A stretch of DNA of 64,000 bases. It comes from Blasia pusilla (lineage: Eukaryota). The DNA is taken from NCBI GenBank assembly GCA_050084515.1, contig CM114271.1, forward strand, positions 47,554,001 to 47,618,000. The letters are read 5' to 3'. The notes under the pieces are model-generated. The model made no database searches. It was not told the origin of the DNA and saw nothing but the letters and a program-made list of their open reading frames with translations. This document shows positions 27,601 to 41,379 of the stretch, one piece after another. A program made the position numbers and the translations under genes. Each line of letters opens with the position of its first letter. Position 1 is the first letter of the stretch.

Positions 27601-28412
27601 TTTTTTCAAAGTATAAGAAGCATCCGATCATACGGAGATGACTACCAACATATCATCTAACATTGTGAGGTATCCTCCTACTCACAAAGATTTATGATCT
27701 CAACCAAGACCTGCAAATAATTTTCTGGCATATTTTCCGAAATGATTCTTTTCTTTGATGTTGCCTCATATGTATTTTTTAAGGGTTACTAGTGTGATGA
27801 TGTTTATCGTTACGATTTGTGTTGTGTTGATTTCAGGTCCCCTTTCTCTAGAAAAACCAAAAGTTGAATGGAATAAAGAGAAGGAAAGAATATTTCTTGA
27901 TTTGAATGAAGAGTGTTACTTCCATCATCGTAATTAAATGCAATGTGAGCTAAGATCAATAGCCATTTCTTACAAGTCACATGAGTTAAAGATCCAAAGG
28001 GACCATACCGCATGAGCTACAACAATTAAGAAATAAATCAGATGGATTAGTAAAAATGTATAAGAACAAAAAAATAAGATAAGGTAAAAGGGGTGCCAAA
28101 CCAAGTGAGTGGGAATATTATGTTCAAATACAAGTTTAGAGGTCTATCACCAAAGGAATCATAAATATCAAGTACATATGATGGTAGTACTCAGATCCAA
28201 GAATCCGCTAGAATAAACTTTTTTTTTTTAATAAAGAAGAGTTCATCCATATTGAATCTCAATCGTCATTTATTCATATTATATCCAATGAGGGCAAGAA
28301 AGTTATAGATTAGTTGAGTTATCCAACTTTTCATTCATCAATAGATACAACATAACATGAACCACTAGATACACTTATAACCCATACATCAAATATGAGT
28401 TCAAGTGAAATT

Positions 28413-29053
28413 TGTCGTGCGCATACACATCGCTACACAACATACATCGTTGTCACCGAACACACACACAAACACGCATGATCCTATGCTAACTCATGGC
28501 ATCCAAACAACGAGACAAGAAGTACCAAAATATCTCCAATAAAGTAAGATCCAATCTTTCTCTACATCATCTCACACCATAGCTCTCAAAGGTGTGCACT
28601 CTCTCTCATGTCAAACCAAACCCACTCTCCTAATGAGAGGCTCGGGCTACACTCACAAGGCAAGGGACCATAGCTCCGCCGCCTCATGCTAAGAGGTTCA
28701 ACAAAGAGAGAATGAGTTCTCAAGCTCTCTCTCCTTGAGGTATACTCCTCCCCTCTCCCAAGCTCTCTCCATGGTAACCTATTCTCCCAAGTCACCTCCT
28801 TGGCTCTTGACCTGATGTAGGAGGTCAAGGGTCACTTACCAAAAATAGTAAGTCGATCATATACTCAAAATGGTACTTACCTAAAATAGTAAGTTCCTCA
28901 ATATGGCTCCAAATGAGCCGAAACGAAGGGGAAACCTGCTATCTCAGGTTTCGAAGGGCCTCAGCAGGTCACCCTCGACCTATTGGGTGTGTCCTCCACT
29001 ACTCATGAAGGCGCTCTATTAGATCTCACCGATCTATCCTAAAAGACGTGACA
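28413..29053 (-). mobile_element. Solo A-B terminal repeat of a second split-repeat retroelement family ('W'), with 4-bp TSD AATT
   Basis: Minus strand starts TGTCACGTC (29053) and ends GCGCACGACA (28413). AATT flanks both sides (28409-28412 and 29054-29057). The A part is homologous to 63139-63644; the last ~45 bp are nearly identical to the B end of the element at 59728. Confidence 0.8.
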
Positions 29054-29479
29054 AATTCCACATATAGGAAAAAGTCAAAGAAGCAAAGCATGCTCTCAAC
29101 GGGGTGAACAACTCAATAGAAAAACAAAGCCAAAAGATACTAGTGATAATATTACACAATCAATGAATGTTTTTATTTAAGTTTTGAAAGAGACAATTGA
29201 GAAGAAAACCCAACAAGAAGATAATAAATCAGAGCTAATATCTCAAATGTTCAAACTTCATCATAGGGAGTTTCAGTTGAAGAGAGAAAAGCCAAGTGAA
29301 AAATCATCAACAATGTCTACTTCTAAAAAATAAGTTTGTATGATCTACCTCAAATTCTATCATTGCTCAAGTAAAAGTGTGTGTTGTAACTTTAAAGAGT
29401 CATAAGACTCTTTAAATAATTTTGCTCATACTTATTCACCCAAGATTATTCTTCTCCTCTTAAGTGCACTTCCATGTTG

Positions 29480-30700
29480 TGATAGGATAATTCCAGCATT
29501 TATCCTCTTATATATCCACTAGATTGATGTCTTGTAGTAGGGGCTTTGCATGTAGTATAATAAAGTTATACAGACCTCTATATGCAAGCGTTACTTTAGA
29601 CACCAATTTTAGAGATATTAAATAATCGCGTAGAATTGTCCATCATTTTTTTTCAAATGATCAAAAGTATTTTCGATTGTCACTCTTGCCTTTGATGTAT
29701 ATCTATCAAATATGTTTTACAATGGATTTCCTTGATGTAGGTGTTGATGGAAAAGCTTCAATAGCCATGGTCGTAGGAATTAGGCGATATCATCAAGTAC
29801 TATAGACGGAATGACTTGAACCTTTCTATTTTCAAGTGGCAATGTGATTTCTGGTTGAGAGAGGATATATTTCTCTTCAATGCATTGAAACACTATGGAT
29901 TGACTTAAATGTGTAGCATCATGAGTGGATCCAAGTTTGGTACAACATAAATCCCCAAACTTCATATCAATATCATATATACTATGAAGAAGCATTGAAT
30001 AATCACATACACCTTGAAGAAGCATCAAATACTTAGAGTAACAATCCTCATAGTACTCTGGGAAATATTTCATAGCACATTTGAATTTAAATTTTATGTG
30101 AGGCCCATCTATGGCTCCTATGATTTGTGAAACTTTACATATACGCTTCTATTTGCGCGTTAAATCATTTCATCAATTGTTGGCCATCTAGCATGTTTGG
30201 CATATAATTAATGTCTACTCATTAGAATATCAGTGATAATGGATGTGTATGTGACGATTTTTAATTTCGAATCCCATATAAGTCGCTTAGATTAGAAGTG
30301 GTAGAATAAAGGCAAATCAATAGATAACTTTGGCCACAAAATTTTCTATCTCAACTCTCTTTCTTGCTTTTTCCCACGTTGACATAGGTGGCATGAATGG
30401 TTCAATTACATCTATTAGTTTCTAGATATTTTCAAAAGACATTCTATATTGACTTCTCATGTCAATGTAAAAAAAGATGTCATTATAAGTTCTAACCTTC
30501 TTATGAATGACCTCCCATCATGTGAATCATCTTGGTATCACCCAAAACTCTCTTCCTCCACTTGATTGAAGTTCATGTCACTCTTCATCATGGAATAGAG
30601 CATGAGTAAACCTTGAATATCGACTTTGTCATCTTCTATGGTCTCCATCACAAAAGTAATGAAATAGATTTTGCTAAATGTTCCTCCTTTAGGAAACCAC
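29480..30700 (-). pseudogene. Degenerate PIF/Harbinger (HARBI1, DDE_Tnp_4-like) transposase
   Basis: Fragments GAIDGPHI, LLQGVCD, GSTHDA and RVTIENTFDHLK with stops and frameshifts. A possible Myb/SANT partner remnant lies on the plus strand near 27850-28020 (VEWNKEKERIFLDL). Confidence 0.65.
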
Positions 30701-31900
30701 ACAAAAGAATAACTAATTTTTTTTTGTAAAAATTTCCAAAATAGTCTCAATGAAGGCCTCCTTATTCTTCACCTACCTCAATATGTTTGTCCAACTTCTT
30801 TTTCTAAAATTAAATAAGAAGTAAAGAAAAAGAATGGACACTATGACCCCCTTAAATGTGATGTGACTGTGTGAAATTCTCTATAGTTTGTACGAAGGAG
30901 ATTTAGTTGGTACCCTAAATCTCTTCCTTCCCTTCCTTAACCCACGACTTTAAAAATACTAAAAGAGGGTTAGAACAAAGTCTAATGTAGTCCCGTTGGT
31001 GGTGAACGGAGCTAGAGAAGTGCGATTCCATGTGAATTTCCCTTCTTACACCATTTATATCGATTTGGAACAGGATGGCTCCAACACCAAATGGAGACTT
31101 CTATAAAAGAGTAAGAGCTACTTTATTCCATTTGTTAGGCTGAGGAAGCTTGAAATTAGGTGTGAGAGTCACGAAAGGGAGTTAGGGTCGGGTTGCATTT
31201 TTCACAATTATAATCTTAAGGGTTTATGACATACCAAGAAGCTTTTCTCATTTTAATTTTCTTTCTCATATTTCATCAATTTTCAAATATTTCATGAAAA
31301 TTTTAGTTAATTGAGTGATATTAGGATTACATTCAACATATTTTTAACGTGTTTTTATTGAAGGATTATTTTTTTGGTGAAGAAGAATTGCAATATCTTT
31401 TGAGGATTGCAATAAAGCATGACATTGAAGATCATCATGGCCATGGGCTCTTCATGTTCTATTTCATGGTTCTTGAGTGCCAGCAAAGTGAATGATTAAC
31501 AAGAGAAACAATTCAAAAAGATTTTTGGATCAGACCAAGGTTATTCACATAGTGGGAGGTCATTCACAAGGAGGTATGGACTACTAAGGAAGATTTTATC
31601 TACTCACATGTATGAGGTAACAATATAGAATATCCTACAAAAGTTTCCAAACACTAGTGGACGAGATAGTACCGCTCATGCCAACTATGTTCGAATGGGA
31701 GAGAGAAAGAAAGATAATTGATTTCGCTAAATTGTTGCACAAGTCATGTATTAATAGAACATGAAGAGAACCCTATGAACCATGGTCTCTTGGCTCTGTC
31801 TAAAGAATGGAAAACCTAGTATATTCTAAATCTCACGTATTTGTTAATATATTAGTAGAATATTTTTCTCAACCAAGGAGGAAGATACAATATGAGCACG

Positions 31901-32006
<106 letters not shown>

Positions 32007-32547
32007 GGTTGCTAATTTCATGACTTGCAAGGACCGGATTTAGATTGCCAAGTTCTTATACAAGTGTGTGAAAGCTAGAGAGCATAACCTAGATTGTTTG
32101 AAGATCTATTAAATTATCCTCCTATGAGCGCTTCTTGCTCAAATCTCGCACAATTTTCCAATCAAAGTCCCATGATGCTTGATCCAACCCCCCCTGGAAA
32201 AAAAACATTGACTTCTTAGGTTTTTGGCGTAGGATTGCATGCTTGTGCATGAGTTTATTTTAGTGAGGATCTGAATGGATGTTTTTACGAGTGTTAAAAG
32301 GGGCAATAATTATATAAGTTTTATCTTTTCTCTTGATAAATATGTGAATTTTGGAAAAAAAATTGTTGTATCTAAGGTAATTCTTCAGATAACCAATCAA
32401 TTTCTATCAGCCAAGAAATAATCTTGGCTAAAAAGTCCTTCTTAATTTTCCACTCTAACTTTCCTACTTTCCTTTCTACTTCTTTCCTAACTTCCTTGTA
32501 TTTTTTTCCCCTATTTCCTTCATCACATCCTTGGAAGCAAGGATCAT

Positions 32548-32740
32548 TATCATATCTTAGTTAGCTGACATGTAGAGTTCAACCATATTGATGAGGTAGA
32601 GATCAACAACCTATTCGAGTATAAGTTTATCTTGAGATGTCAGATCTCATTGGAGATAGCTCAATCCATTGCTTCAAGATGGTCATTTAGGATAATTTCC
32701 CTCTTTTACTATTTTGGGTTAAGTGATTTGCTGACTAAAT
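32548..32740 (+). repeat. Old truncated copy of the A repeat of the split-repeat family
   Basis: tatcatatcttagttagctgacatgtagagttc... aligns with 59731 onward (ttagttagctgacttgtagagttc) and with the A start tgtctcatctgagtagccgat at 59110. Confidence 0.55.
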
Positions 32741-33949
32741 CAAGAGCTAGGGTGTGAGAGTCGAGGGTGAGGAGGCTTGACAGAGGTGAGATTAGAGCAA
32801 CGAGGCTAGGTCTGCCAAGGGTGGGATCTGAGAAGAGACGAATGAGGCCTCAAGGGGGGCTAAGTGTGAAAGGGAGAGTCGAATAGAGAAGTGGTTGTGA
32901 TAGAGCTACCACAAATTGCGTTAGAGCCTAGAGCGTACGAGATGGATGATAGAGTGGAGGGAGCTTGATGGAGCGGACGTCCATAGGGGCTACACCATGG
33001 AGTTGGGAGAGTTGAAAATGGTGAAGGCTATTGTCAAGTGAATGGATGTAGTGTGTGAGGTAGGGTTGTCATCACAACGTACTTCCATGGTTCGAAAGAA
33101 TGGGGTAGTTTGAGCAATGTTAGTGGCATTGCATAGATTGGAGTAAGATACCAAGGGGATGGTTGAATGTGTGGGGCTGTGTTTAAGACACAACAAGGAG
33201 CGCAAATATCCAAGTTAGTCACAAAAGAAATCCAAATATCCCCAAAATGCATGAAACGGATTTCCCCAAAATTCCTATTAACCTTGAAAGCCTTTAGATC
33301 TCAAGGAACCAATGAAATTTGGAGCCTTCTCAAAGAAAAGGAGGAAAACATGGAAAATCAAGATAACTGGTGTTAATTAGCCCCTAATCCCTTCCTTATA
33401 AGCATTTTGGGTTCACTTGTGGGCCCTTTGATTATGGTTTTTCTCCCAAAATAGGTTTGGGAAGGGAGAAGAGGATGAAGGCATGTTCAAATCTAGCCTC
33501 CACCAATCCTACACTGCTACGTGCAGCCGGGGGGTTTGGGGGATGTGGGCCAAACGCGAGCTTGGCGGATAAGTCAGGGGCATCCACGTGACAACGCCCA
33601 ATTTTCTGGACGGATTGGTGCCAATGGCGCGGGCTACACGGCAGGCTACAATTGGGCAGGGATAGGCCTAGGAGCGTAGGGCACGGGCTGGGGTGGGCCT
33701 TTTTTTGGGGCCAACATGATCGATGCGAGGAATGAGGACGGACGGATGCAATCCCGACTCGTTCGTGATGGGGGCTCCGCGAGGGCTACAAATCCGGTGT
33801 TAAAAATGGGCGTCGGACAAGATACAGACTGGTCAAGCAAGGATGGAATGCTCGGGTGCCATGGGCCTAGGTCCGGGCCGCGGATATGCGGGCCCATGGA
33901 TCTTGCACTTGGGCTAGCATGGACCTGTTTGTCCTCGGGATGGACATAA

Positions 33950-35900
33950 GTCCGCGTGAAACCTTGGCATTGAGTCTAGTATCTCTTGGAAATCACACCA
34001 TGTGTCAAAATCTTGGATGAATTCATCAAGATCAATGGTCTTCACTGCACTCGAGAAATGATGCATACCCATGTGGCTCATGTTGTCCATCTCTCCCTCC
34101 CCACACAACACTATCTCCATTTGCGATCTCACACTAGACCCGTTGTCTAATGATGACGATGGTCATCATTGGACAACGGGTCTAGTGATCGTAGTTGGGA
34201 TGGTTTCTCAAAAATGATCCTCCATATCTCTGGCTACTGTGTATAATGTCAATGCCATTGATTTGGCATCGAGTAACCTCAATGCCATAGCGGAAATCTT
34301 CTACTATAGGTGCTCTATTTGAGTAGCCATCCCAACCTCACGCCTTGAGTCTCCCTTGACTTGTCTAGGTGACGGACCTCTACCTCCTCCACGGGCATAT
34401 CCCCCACCCTCATGGAAAAATCCTTTCCATGTCCCCCTATCAGATCACCTGGTGCACGAACTCTATGCCCACCCAGACCGCCAACTCGCTCTGGTCCTTG
34501 GTCCGGACGTAACTCAGGGTGTAAACTAAAATACCTCGTGCGTGTATGACCATACCACTGACAATGGTCACACTGGTATACTCCTAGTTTCGGCCCATCT
34601 ACTCCTCTAGGCTAGGGCATGCATCCACTACCTTGATGAGTGCAATCTTATTGGCGATGGGCTTCTTGACATGCCCATCAAACACTTTGGAGGCAGTTGC
34701 TAATCCGTATATGACGGCATGAGTCTCTATGGCACATGCTCGTAGTAACCTCCCTAAGCTCGCGGTGCCACACTCATATTTCAAAATCCATGTTGCTTCA
34801 TTGGTGGTGCAAGAAATCGTGACTACTCTCACGCATGACTCATGACTATTACACTCTCCTCGGCCATGTTGTGCTAAAAAGAACTATGCCATCCCAAAGA
34901 TATATCTCAACGTAGGTAAGGTGCGCATCAGAAGTACTGCATCCCTCACCCGTTTCTGTATGTCTTATTCTAACATCCCATACCATGCTTGAATAACCTA
35001 GGCCTCTGTCATCCCCTAAGTGATGGTAGTCAGAGAACGCATGCGAGTAAATGCCTCCCGCAAACGCTCCCTTGTGCGCCTATGGAAGTTATGGATGTTG
35101 TGCAACTTCTCAATCCATACCCCTTGGTGTTTTTCCGTAACTCCGCAAAGAATTCAACCAGAGGGTTGAAACTAGGAAAAACCCCCTACTAGACAATGCA
35201 ACTGCTTGAGTCAACTAACCCTCCTTGAACCTCACTAGTGGCAGACAAAGTAGCCTCCCCTAGGTCCTCCTCCTCACCTAGAAATCGCTTAGTCCATGAC
35301 ACGTAATGTGGATCATAGTGGAGTCATCACGCCTCAATCTCAGATGCATACCTCAAGGAAAAATCATGTTAATCATCCATGTACCCCTCTCTAGGTGTTG
35401 GAACATCTCGTTCCATGTTGTAAAAGGATTAAACTCTCTAAAGTTCCTAGCCTTTTATGAGTCATACTTACTCCTAAACTAGGCAATGAAGTGGTGTAAC
35501 TCTATGGTATCCACAACTCCCAAAAACCTACGCGATCCTCTATCCTCGTCGTCCATATCGTACACCCACACAGTAGGACCACTCATTACGTGCGATGATG
35601 CACTAAAATACTCCCCCTCTATATCCTTTCCCTTGTGTGAGGATGATATAGAAGGAGGTCGAGACGGTCCCTCATATGGAGCCCTCAAAACCTCCCACCT
35701 CTCTGCATAAACCCTCTAGAGCTACTCTCAAGCACACCACCTTGCCTCTCAAAGTCCCGGAAGGATACCGTGATGACCCCCATGCCCTTCTCACACGATC
35801 ACTCTCACTCTTGCGAGTAACCCCCCAATCACTCATCCTAAATATGCAACACTCAATCTACACTCCCTCTCATTGAGGCGTGTAATGTACGACAACCAAT
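33950..35900 (-). mobile_element. Rearranged, degenerate gag/protease remnants related to the element at 49931-59728
   Basis: ORF 33914-34132 (EMDNMSHMGMHHFSSAVKTIDLDEFIQDFDTWCDFQEI) matches gag at 51742 (EMDDMCHRGMRRFSGAVGTIDLDDFIQEVDTWCDFQEI). 35479-35688 (RRFLGVVDTIELHHFI) is a second gag N-terminal fragment, and 34599-34832 resembles the protease C-terminus. Confidence 0.7.
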
Positions 35901-37329
35901 GGCGTGGTGCGGTAAGTCAAAAAAGTTTCTATGATCTCATCGAGGGAGTATACCCGCAACTCTAGACATCCCACACAAGTCTAGGCCTCTAAAATTATAC
36001 ATCAATGATGCTCTCAACATCTACAGAAACCCAATATCCCTATTGACTGACCAATACCCAGAAATCCCTCATACTTGCAAGGCTAAAGACCAAAATTGGT
36101 AACGTGAACAATGTCGATGTCGCTTCTAAGCAACTGCAAACTTGAACCCAACTCGGTTATGAAGATAACTCCTCCAATCAGGAAGTTGTACTTCCCTAGT
36201 GCTTACGATGCTCAAACCTCCTCGATGTATGGTGCGGGTATAACGGTATGATGCGGTACAATGCGGTACTAGCAACACGGAACGACTAGAAAAATTTGGC
36301 ATTTGGGGACGGGATGCAACATGCAGCGGCATCCCGTCCTCTATCAGCCATAAACGCTTTGCTCCTCAATGTTGGTGCGGTTGTACGATGGAGACCACGA
36401 GCGGCATGGCGTGTTGCAACTACGGTTGTCACAGTACGTTATTCAATCATTTTCAAGCAACTACTAACCATTATGCATGGCTGACCATACCTCCAAACTC
36501 ATCCCCATCCGTCGACGACATTTGAATAGCGACAAGCGGTGGTTGACAATCTTGAAATAAACGATAGTGGTGGAACGATAGATGGCCGATGAAGATCAAT
36601 GGTAATTATCGTATGTGACACATGGATAAACATGGTTCTATTTTAACCTTATTCAAAATTTAATGTCTTCTTCTTTTTCCACTCCACTAACCCCTTTAAA
36701 AAATGGTCAACTCACTAAAATTACTCCACTAAGCCCCACAAATCTTAGGTCAATATCCATTAGATAAATTTTTCACTTGAATTCACCCTTAGATCACTTT
36801 TTCTCTTATCTTATATACTAAAATAAAAGGATGTTTACTTTTCTAGCTGCACCAAATGAAGTTATAAGATTTAAAATTTTTTTACCTTCATGCATTGGCT
36901 ATAGCTGAGCTCCAATGTTGAAATTGCACACCATTTCTTCGATAATGTGCATGACTTCCTAATCTACAACAAACATCAAATCAGGTTATTCATCCAACCT
37001 TTCATCTGAAACTCGTAGCGATTGTAGTGCAACCCACGGCCTAAACTCCTACAAAAAAATCAATAGCGCTTCCACACTGATTTCTTACACAAAAAATTTC
37101 AAACCTATACAAATGAAATTTAGCAAGCTAACGGGTGCTACAATGAGCACCAACATGAAGAATCCAATCTCCTTACTCAAATTTTATAAAAAATTGGGTA
37201 GCACTTAATTCCGTGCATCATTCTCTCGTACAAATATCTGCCCAACAAAACATTCAAATGAATGGCTCTTGCTCCCATGAGCAATCCCATGAGTCACTGG
37301 ATAGGGAACGCAGTCCCCAACTTGCAACA

Positions 37330-37627
37330 ACAACGAGAAACCACTGAGCTCCCACATTGTAGCGCTCTCAATCTCTTATTCTTGGCTCTTGACTTGCTAT
37401 AGGGATAAAGGGCCACTTCCCAAAGTGGAAAATCAACTCTACTCCTAATGGTAACTTAATTGAAATATTAAATTTCTCTTTATAGCCCCAAATGAGCCAA
37501 AACAAAGGGGAAACTTGCTCTCTCAGGTTATACATGGCAAGTCATCCTCGATCTCTTGAGGCTATCCTATGATATCCTTGAGGGCGCTCTACCATAAGCT
37601 TGTCAATCCATCCTAACATATGTGACA
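37330..37627 (-). repeat. Degenerate fragment of family W A repeat
   Basis: cttggctcttgac...cccaaatgagccaaaacaaaggggaaacttgct...ccatcctaacatatgtgaca parallels 28799-29053. Confidence 0.6.
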
Positions 37628-37659
37628 TACTAGATCATGTCATGTGGATGTGGTGTATG

Positions 37660-37826
37660 CTATTTGGTGTTAGGGGGATCCAACTACCAATTAGGAGGGA
37701 AATTGTGTGGATTGGTATACAAACATGAGTGTATTTTTTGTTTGAGTGGATCTACTCATGCGTTAGAAAGATTGATGTTGTGTTAAAGATGTGAGCATCA
37801 ATATAGATTGTGAAGCGATGTGTATG
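37660..37826 (+). repeat. Degenerate PPT region plus B repeat of the split-repeat family
   Basis: gttagggggatccaactaccaattaggagggaaattgtgtg...gcgatgtgtatg parallels 58937-59100. Confidence 0.6.
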
Positions 37827-38199
37827 AAAATGATATCATTTACAATTCTACACTCAATCCCTCATACATGTTCTCTTTTCCATTTACTTATCCTATCACA
37901 ATTTTACATCCTTGGCAAGACTTAAACCTAGATGGGCCTCCCACTAATTGGGATCCAAGGATCCTACCCCTCATAATACTTGAAGCTCTTCATAAGAAGC
38001 TACAATTTGCTACAAAAGGGTTCCCAACTCCCACTCCCCCGCTATCTTACATATTTAGAATACTAAGTGGACTTAGAAACTTCTGAACCTCATTTACAAC
38101 CTCTATTGGAGTGTTAGAAATATATCTTGTGAGAATGGAGTAGACATATCTAAAGTGTGTAGAATTCTACCAAAGTATAACAAAATCAACTAAGAGATC

Positions 38200-39000
38200 T
38201 TTATAATCAAGCGTTGTCCCCTCTAAGGCAATCCTAAGCACCATCCTCAACTTTCTTGATTTGAAATTGCCTTTAGAAAGTTAGGTCTTGTAAGTTTTTT
38301 ATTGGAGAAGTTCGACAATCCAACAAAAAACTTCTTGAAATCATATATCTCTTTCACGATAAGAGGTTTAGAGGAATAGAAATATTCAATAATCTTCTCT
38401 AATGAATTTAAACAACATAAATTCTTGTGACAAAGATGTCAAGAGAAATGACTAAACATTTGATCAATTTGATCATGAGTATGTCCAACCATGAAAAACC
38501 CAACTTTCACTTTATGGAATACCTCTTTCTCCACAAGCATATTAAGATACGCAAGTAAATGCTTATTTTCATTTCCCCGCATAATGTTTTCAAGCTGCAA
38601 GTAGAGGACAAGAGGAAGATTAGCTTCCCATTCTTTGATAATATTATGTAAAACTTTCATGGTCAAATTCATCTTATTTCGAATGTTCGGGTAATTCAAA
38701 AAAACCCTAGACAATGACTTCTTGTTGAAGTTGAGATATCGTACCATATGTACTAATATGAAATACTTCTTTTCCATATTTTTGGGCATACAAATGAAAT
38801 GAGGTAGTTCTGATTTCTTCGGATCCATCCCATAGATAACCACTCCAACATACTTTTCTAGAGAAGTGAATCATTTCTTGCAATGTTTCAAAAGTTTCTC
38901 CCTCTCTTTCATTTGTTGATTTCGGTGTGTAGCTAATGCGAACACATACTTTTCTATGCAAGAATATATGAACTTGTCAAACTATCTCATGATGAGCCCT
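38200..39000 (-). pseudogene. Degenerate DNA-transposon transposase fragment (Sola-like / DUF7869-type)
   Basis: GMDPKKSELPHF, LYLQLEN...NENK and FFMVGHTHDQIDQMFS motifs; frameshifted. Confidence 0.55.
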
Positions 39001-41379
39001 AATCTTGTAACAAAATGTCCTACAATTGAACACTTTTCATTCCCCATCTCTAGGTTATGACCTAGAGTGATTGTTCGTAGGACTCCTCTACCAAACTTTT
39101 TTCACAAAGTTTCTTGCAAACTTCCATATTTGGTTTCAATTCGCTAAGCTCATGACTTACAATGATTAGTCTTAGGACTCACATTCTAAAATGTGTTCTC
39201 CTACCAATTTCTTCACGACATAAAAAAAAGTTTCAAGTCCCAAGTCTCACAAATAACGGACCATAAGTTTTTTTAGATGTCCCTTCTATGATTATGCCCG
39301 ATTCCCTCAATGTTGTAGCTCAACAATGATCCATCGGACGAGTCTATTCGATAATGTAATTCAACATCATAATTGAAAGTGTTGAGTATGAGGAGAGCCA
39401 AAGCATACTTCTTTCTAAATGCAATATTCTAGCTTACGATAGCCCTTTAGTCTTGGAAGTTTCTCTCTTTCCAATGAGCCAATGGACGTAAGCTTGAAGT
39501 ACATAAATTCTTATTTTACAACTCAAGGGCTTACAAGAACCGGCTAAAAATGGCCTCTTAATGGTAACGCCCCTCCTAAATACGTCCACCTCTTTAGGTC
39601 TCCAACTATTCAGCCTTGCTTTAAGGCATATGGAGAGAATTCAATACCCTCATTGCACCAATAAAACTATCATCAAACTTGCACGTACACTCCCAAATTT
39701 TTTTGAAGGCTGGAATAACCTCAAATATTAATGCCATGGAACTTTCTGCCCTTTATCTAATATCGGGACTGTTAGTTATGCACCAGGAAGTATTATCGGG
39801 CTGTATGAAAATTTTCACTCTCCGCTTTCAACGCGAATCGGCAATGTGGACGTGGTGTTCGCTTCTTCATCACTCCGCAGTCACGCAATGTCCGAAGTGA
39901 TTTTGGAGTGAATTCTCGCTCGTCTCGCAAGAGTGATTGCCCATGGTTCCGGTCCTCACCGGTGTAGAGCAACGGTGCAGCAAAACCTTCCGCTTCATTT
40001 TAGCGAATGGTTCAAGGTATGACTCCAACAACTGACTGCAGAGGTTGCCAGACCTGGCGTTGGCGAGGGGAAACTATCATCTGTATTTCAATCGGACACA
40101 ACATCTCCATCTGAAGCTGGTAGGAGATTATAATATCGATAATTGAACAACGAGACCGGCTATCATAGCTTTCTTTGGACTCTCGGCCCATGGTTGGTGC
40201 ACGCAGGATTGCACCTTCTTAGCGCCGAATTTGGGAAACCAAAAATCCATGATCAATAGAACTTACAGCATGAGGGTGCAGCCTTGATCAATGAGTGCGA
40301 AGCCTTGCATGCGCCTAACTAAAACTGAAACAGTAGGAGACCAGAAAAACTTAATCCATTGACAGAAGCTCCCGAGGATTCACTGGACGTTCCTGAACTC
40401 ATGGGTTCAGAAGAAACTGCCACAAAAGTTGGAACACACGAAAAAGTTACACAGAGACATTTTAGCCTGGCAAGATGTACGAGTGCGAGGCCACAGATAC
40501 TTTCACAGGAACACGAAACCAGAAGGTCTTAATCAATCCATGAACGCTTTCTAAATTTGTGGATTCATACGACGCTGCCACGAACCTGGAACACGACCGT
40601 AAGAAAGTAGAGCACGAATTTTCAGCCTTGCAGGATCTATTAGTTCGAGGTCTCGCATCTACTATTCACGGAAACGGTAAGACCCTAGAAGGACCTAATC
40701 CACGAATATATTGCGGCCTCACAGAAGCTCCCAAGTGCTCACTAGATGCTTTCTAAATTGAAGTGTCCAGAAGCAAACTGCAAGGCTTCTGGACTCTTCA
40801 CGAACTTGGTGGCTAAGTTCCATGGCTACTGATTGTGGAAAGCAATAAGTCGACAGTTCTGATGACTTTTATATAATAGGACTTTAATGACAGACCAAAA
40901 GGAATGAGCCGTTGCCATTCCTGGATTTTTGGATGCGATAAGACCAGCTCTGATAAATGAGGAAATCTCAAAGAGGGGAGAACAATTCTCCCCAGAGTTC
41001 TATTGATTATAAATGTTGTCTTCATTCTTCGTTCGGAAAACCCACTGTACCTTGTAGATGCTGATGCTTCAATGATTGGGGATTCTCTACCACAATTTTC
41101 AACAATCGAATATGCACTGAGCATTATCATAATCTTAGCAACTAATCCGAGGCCAGCTACCTGTTGCCTGGGATCCCTATGAATGTAGAATACATATATG
41201 ACATTTTATACACCTGATAAAAGTAGTCGAATTGATCGGGGTTCGGGCTCCCTTTGACGGTGGAAGGGAACACTATCTACAATACCCCTGTATAGATTCA
41301 CTATCCGTTGAAAACTATGATCTGCGTCTCCTCAATTTGTGAGGAAGGCGACGAAGGCCACAATGTTGACTCCCTCGGC

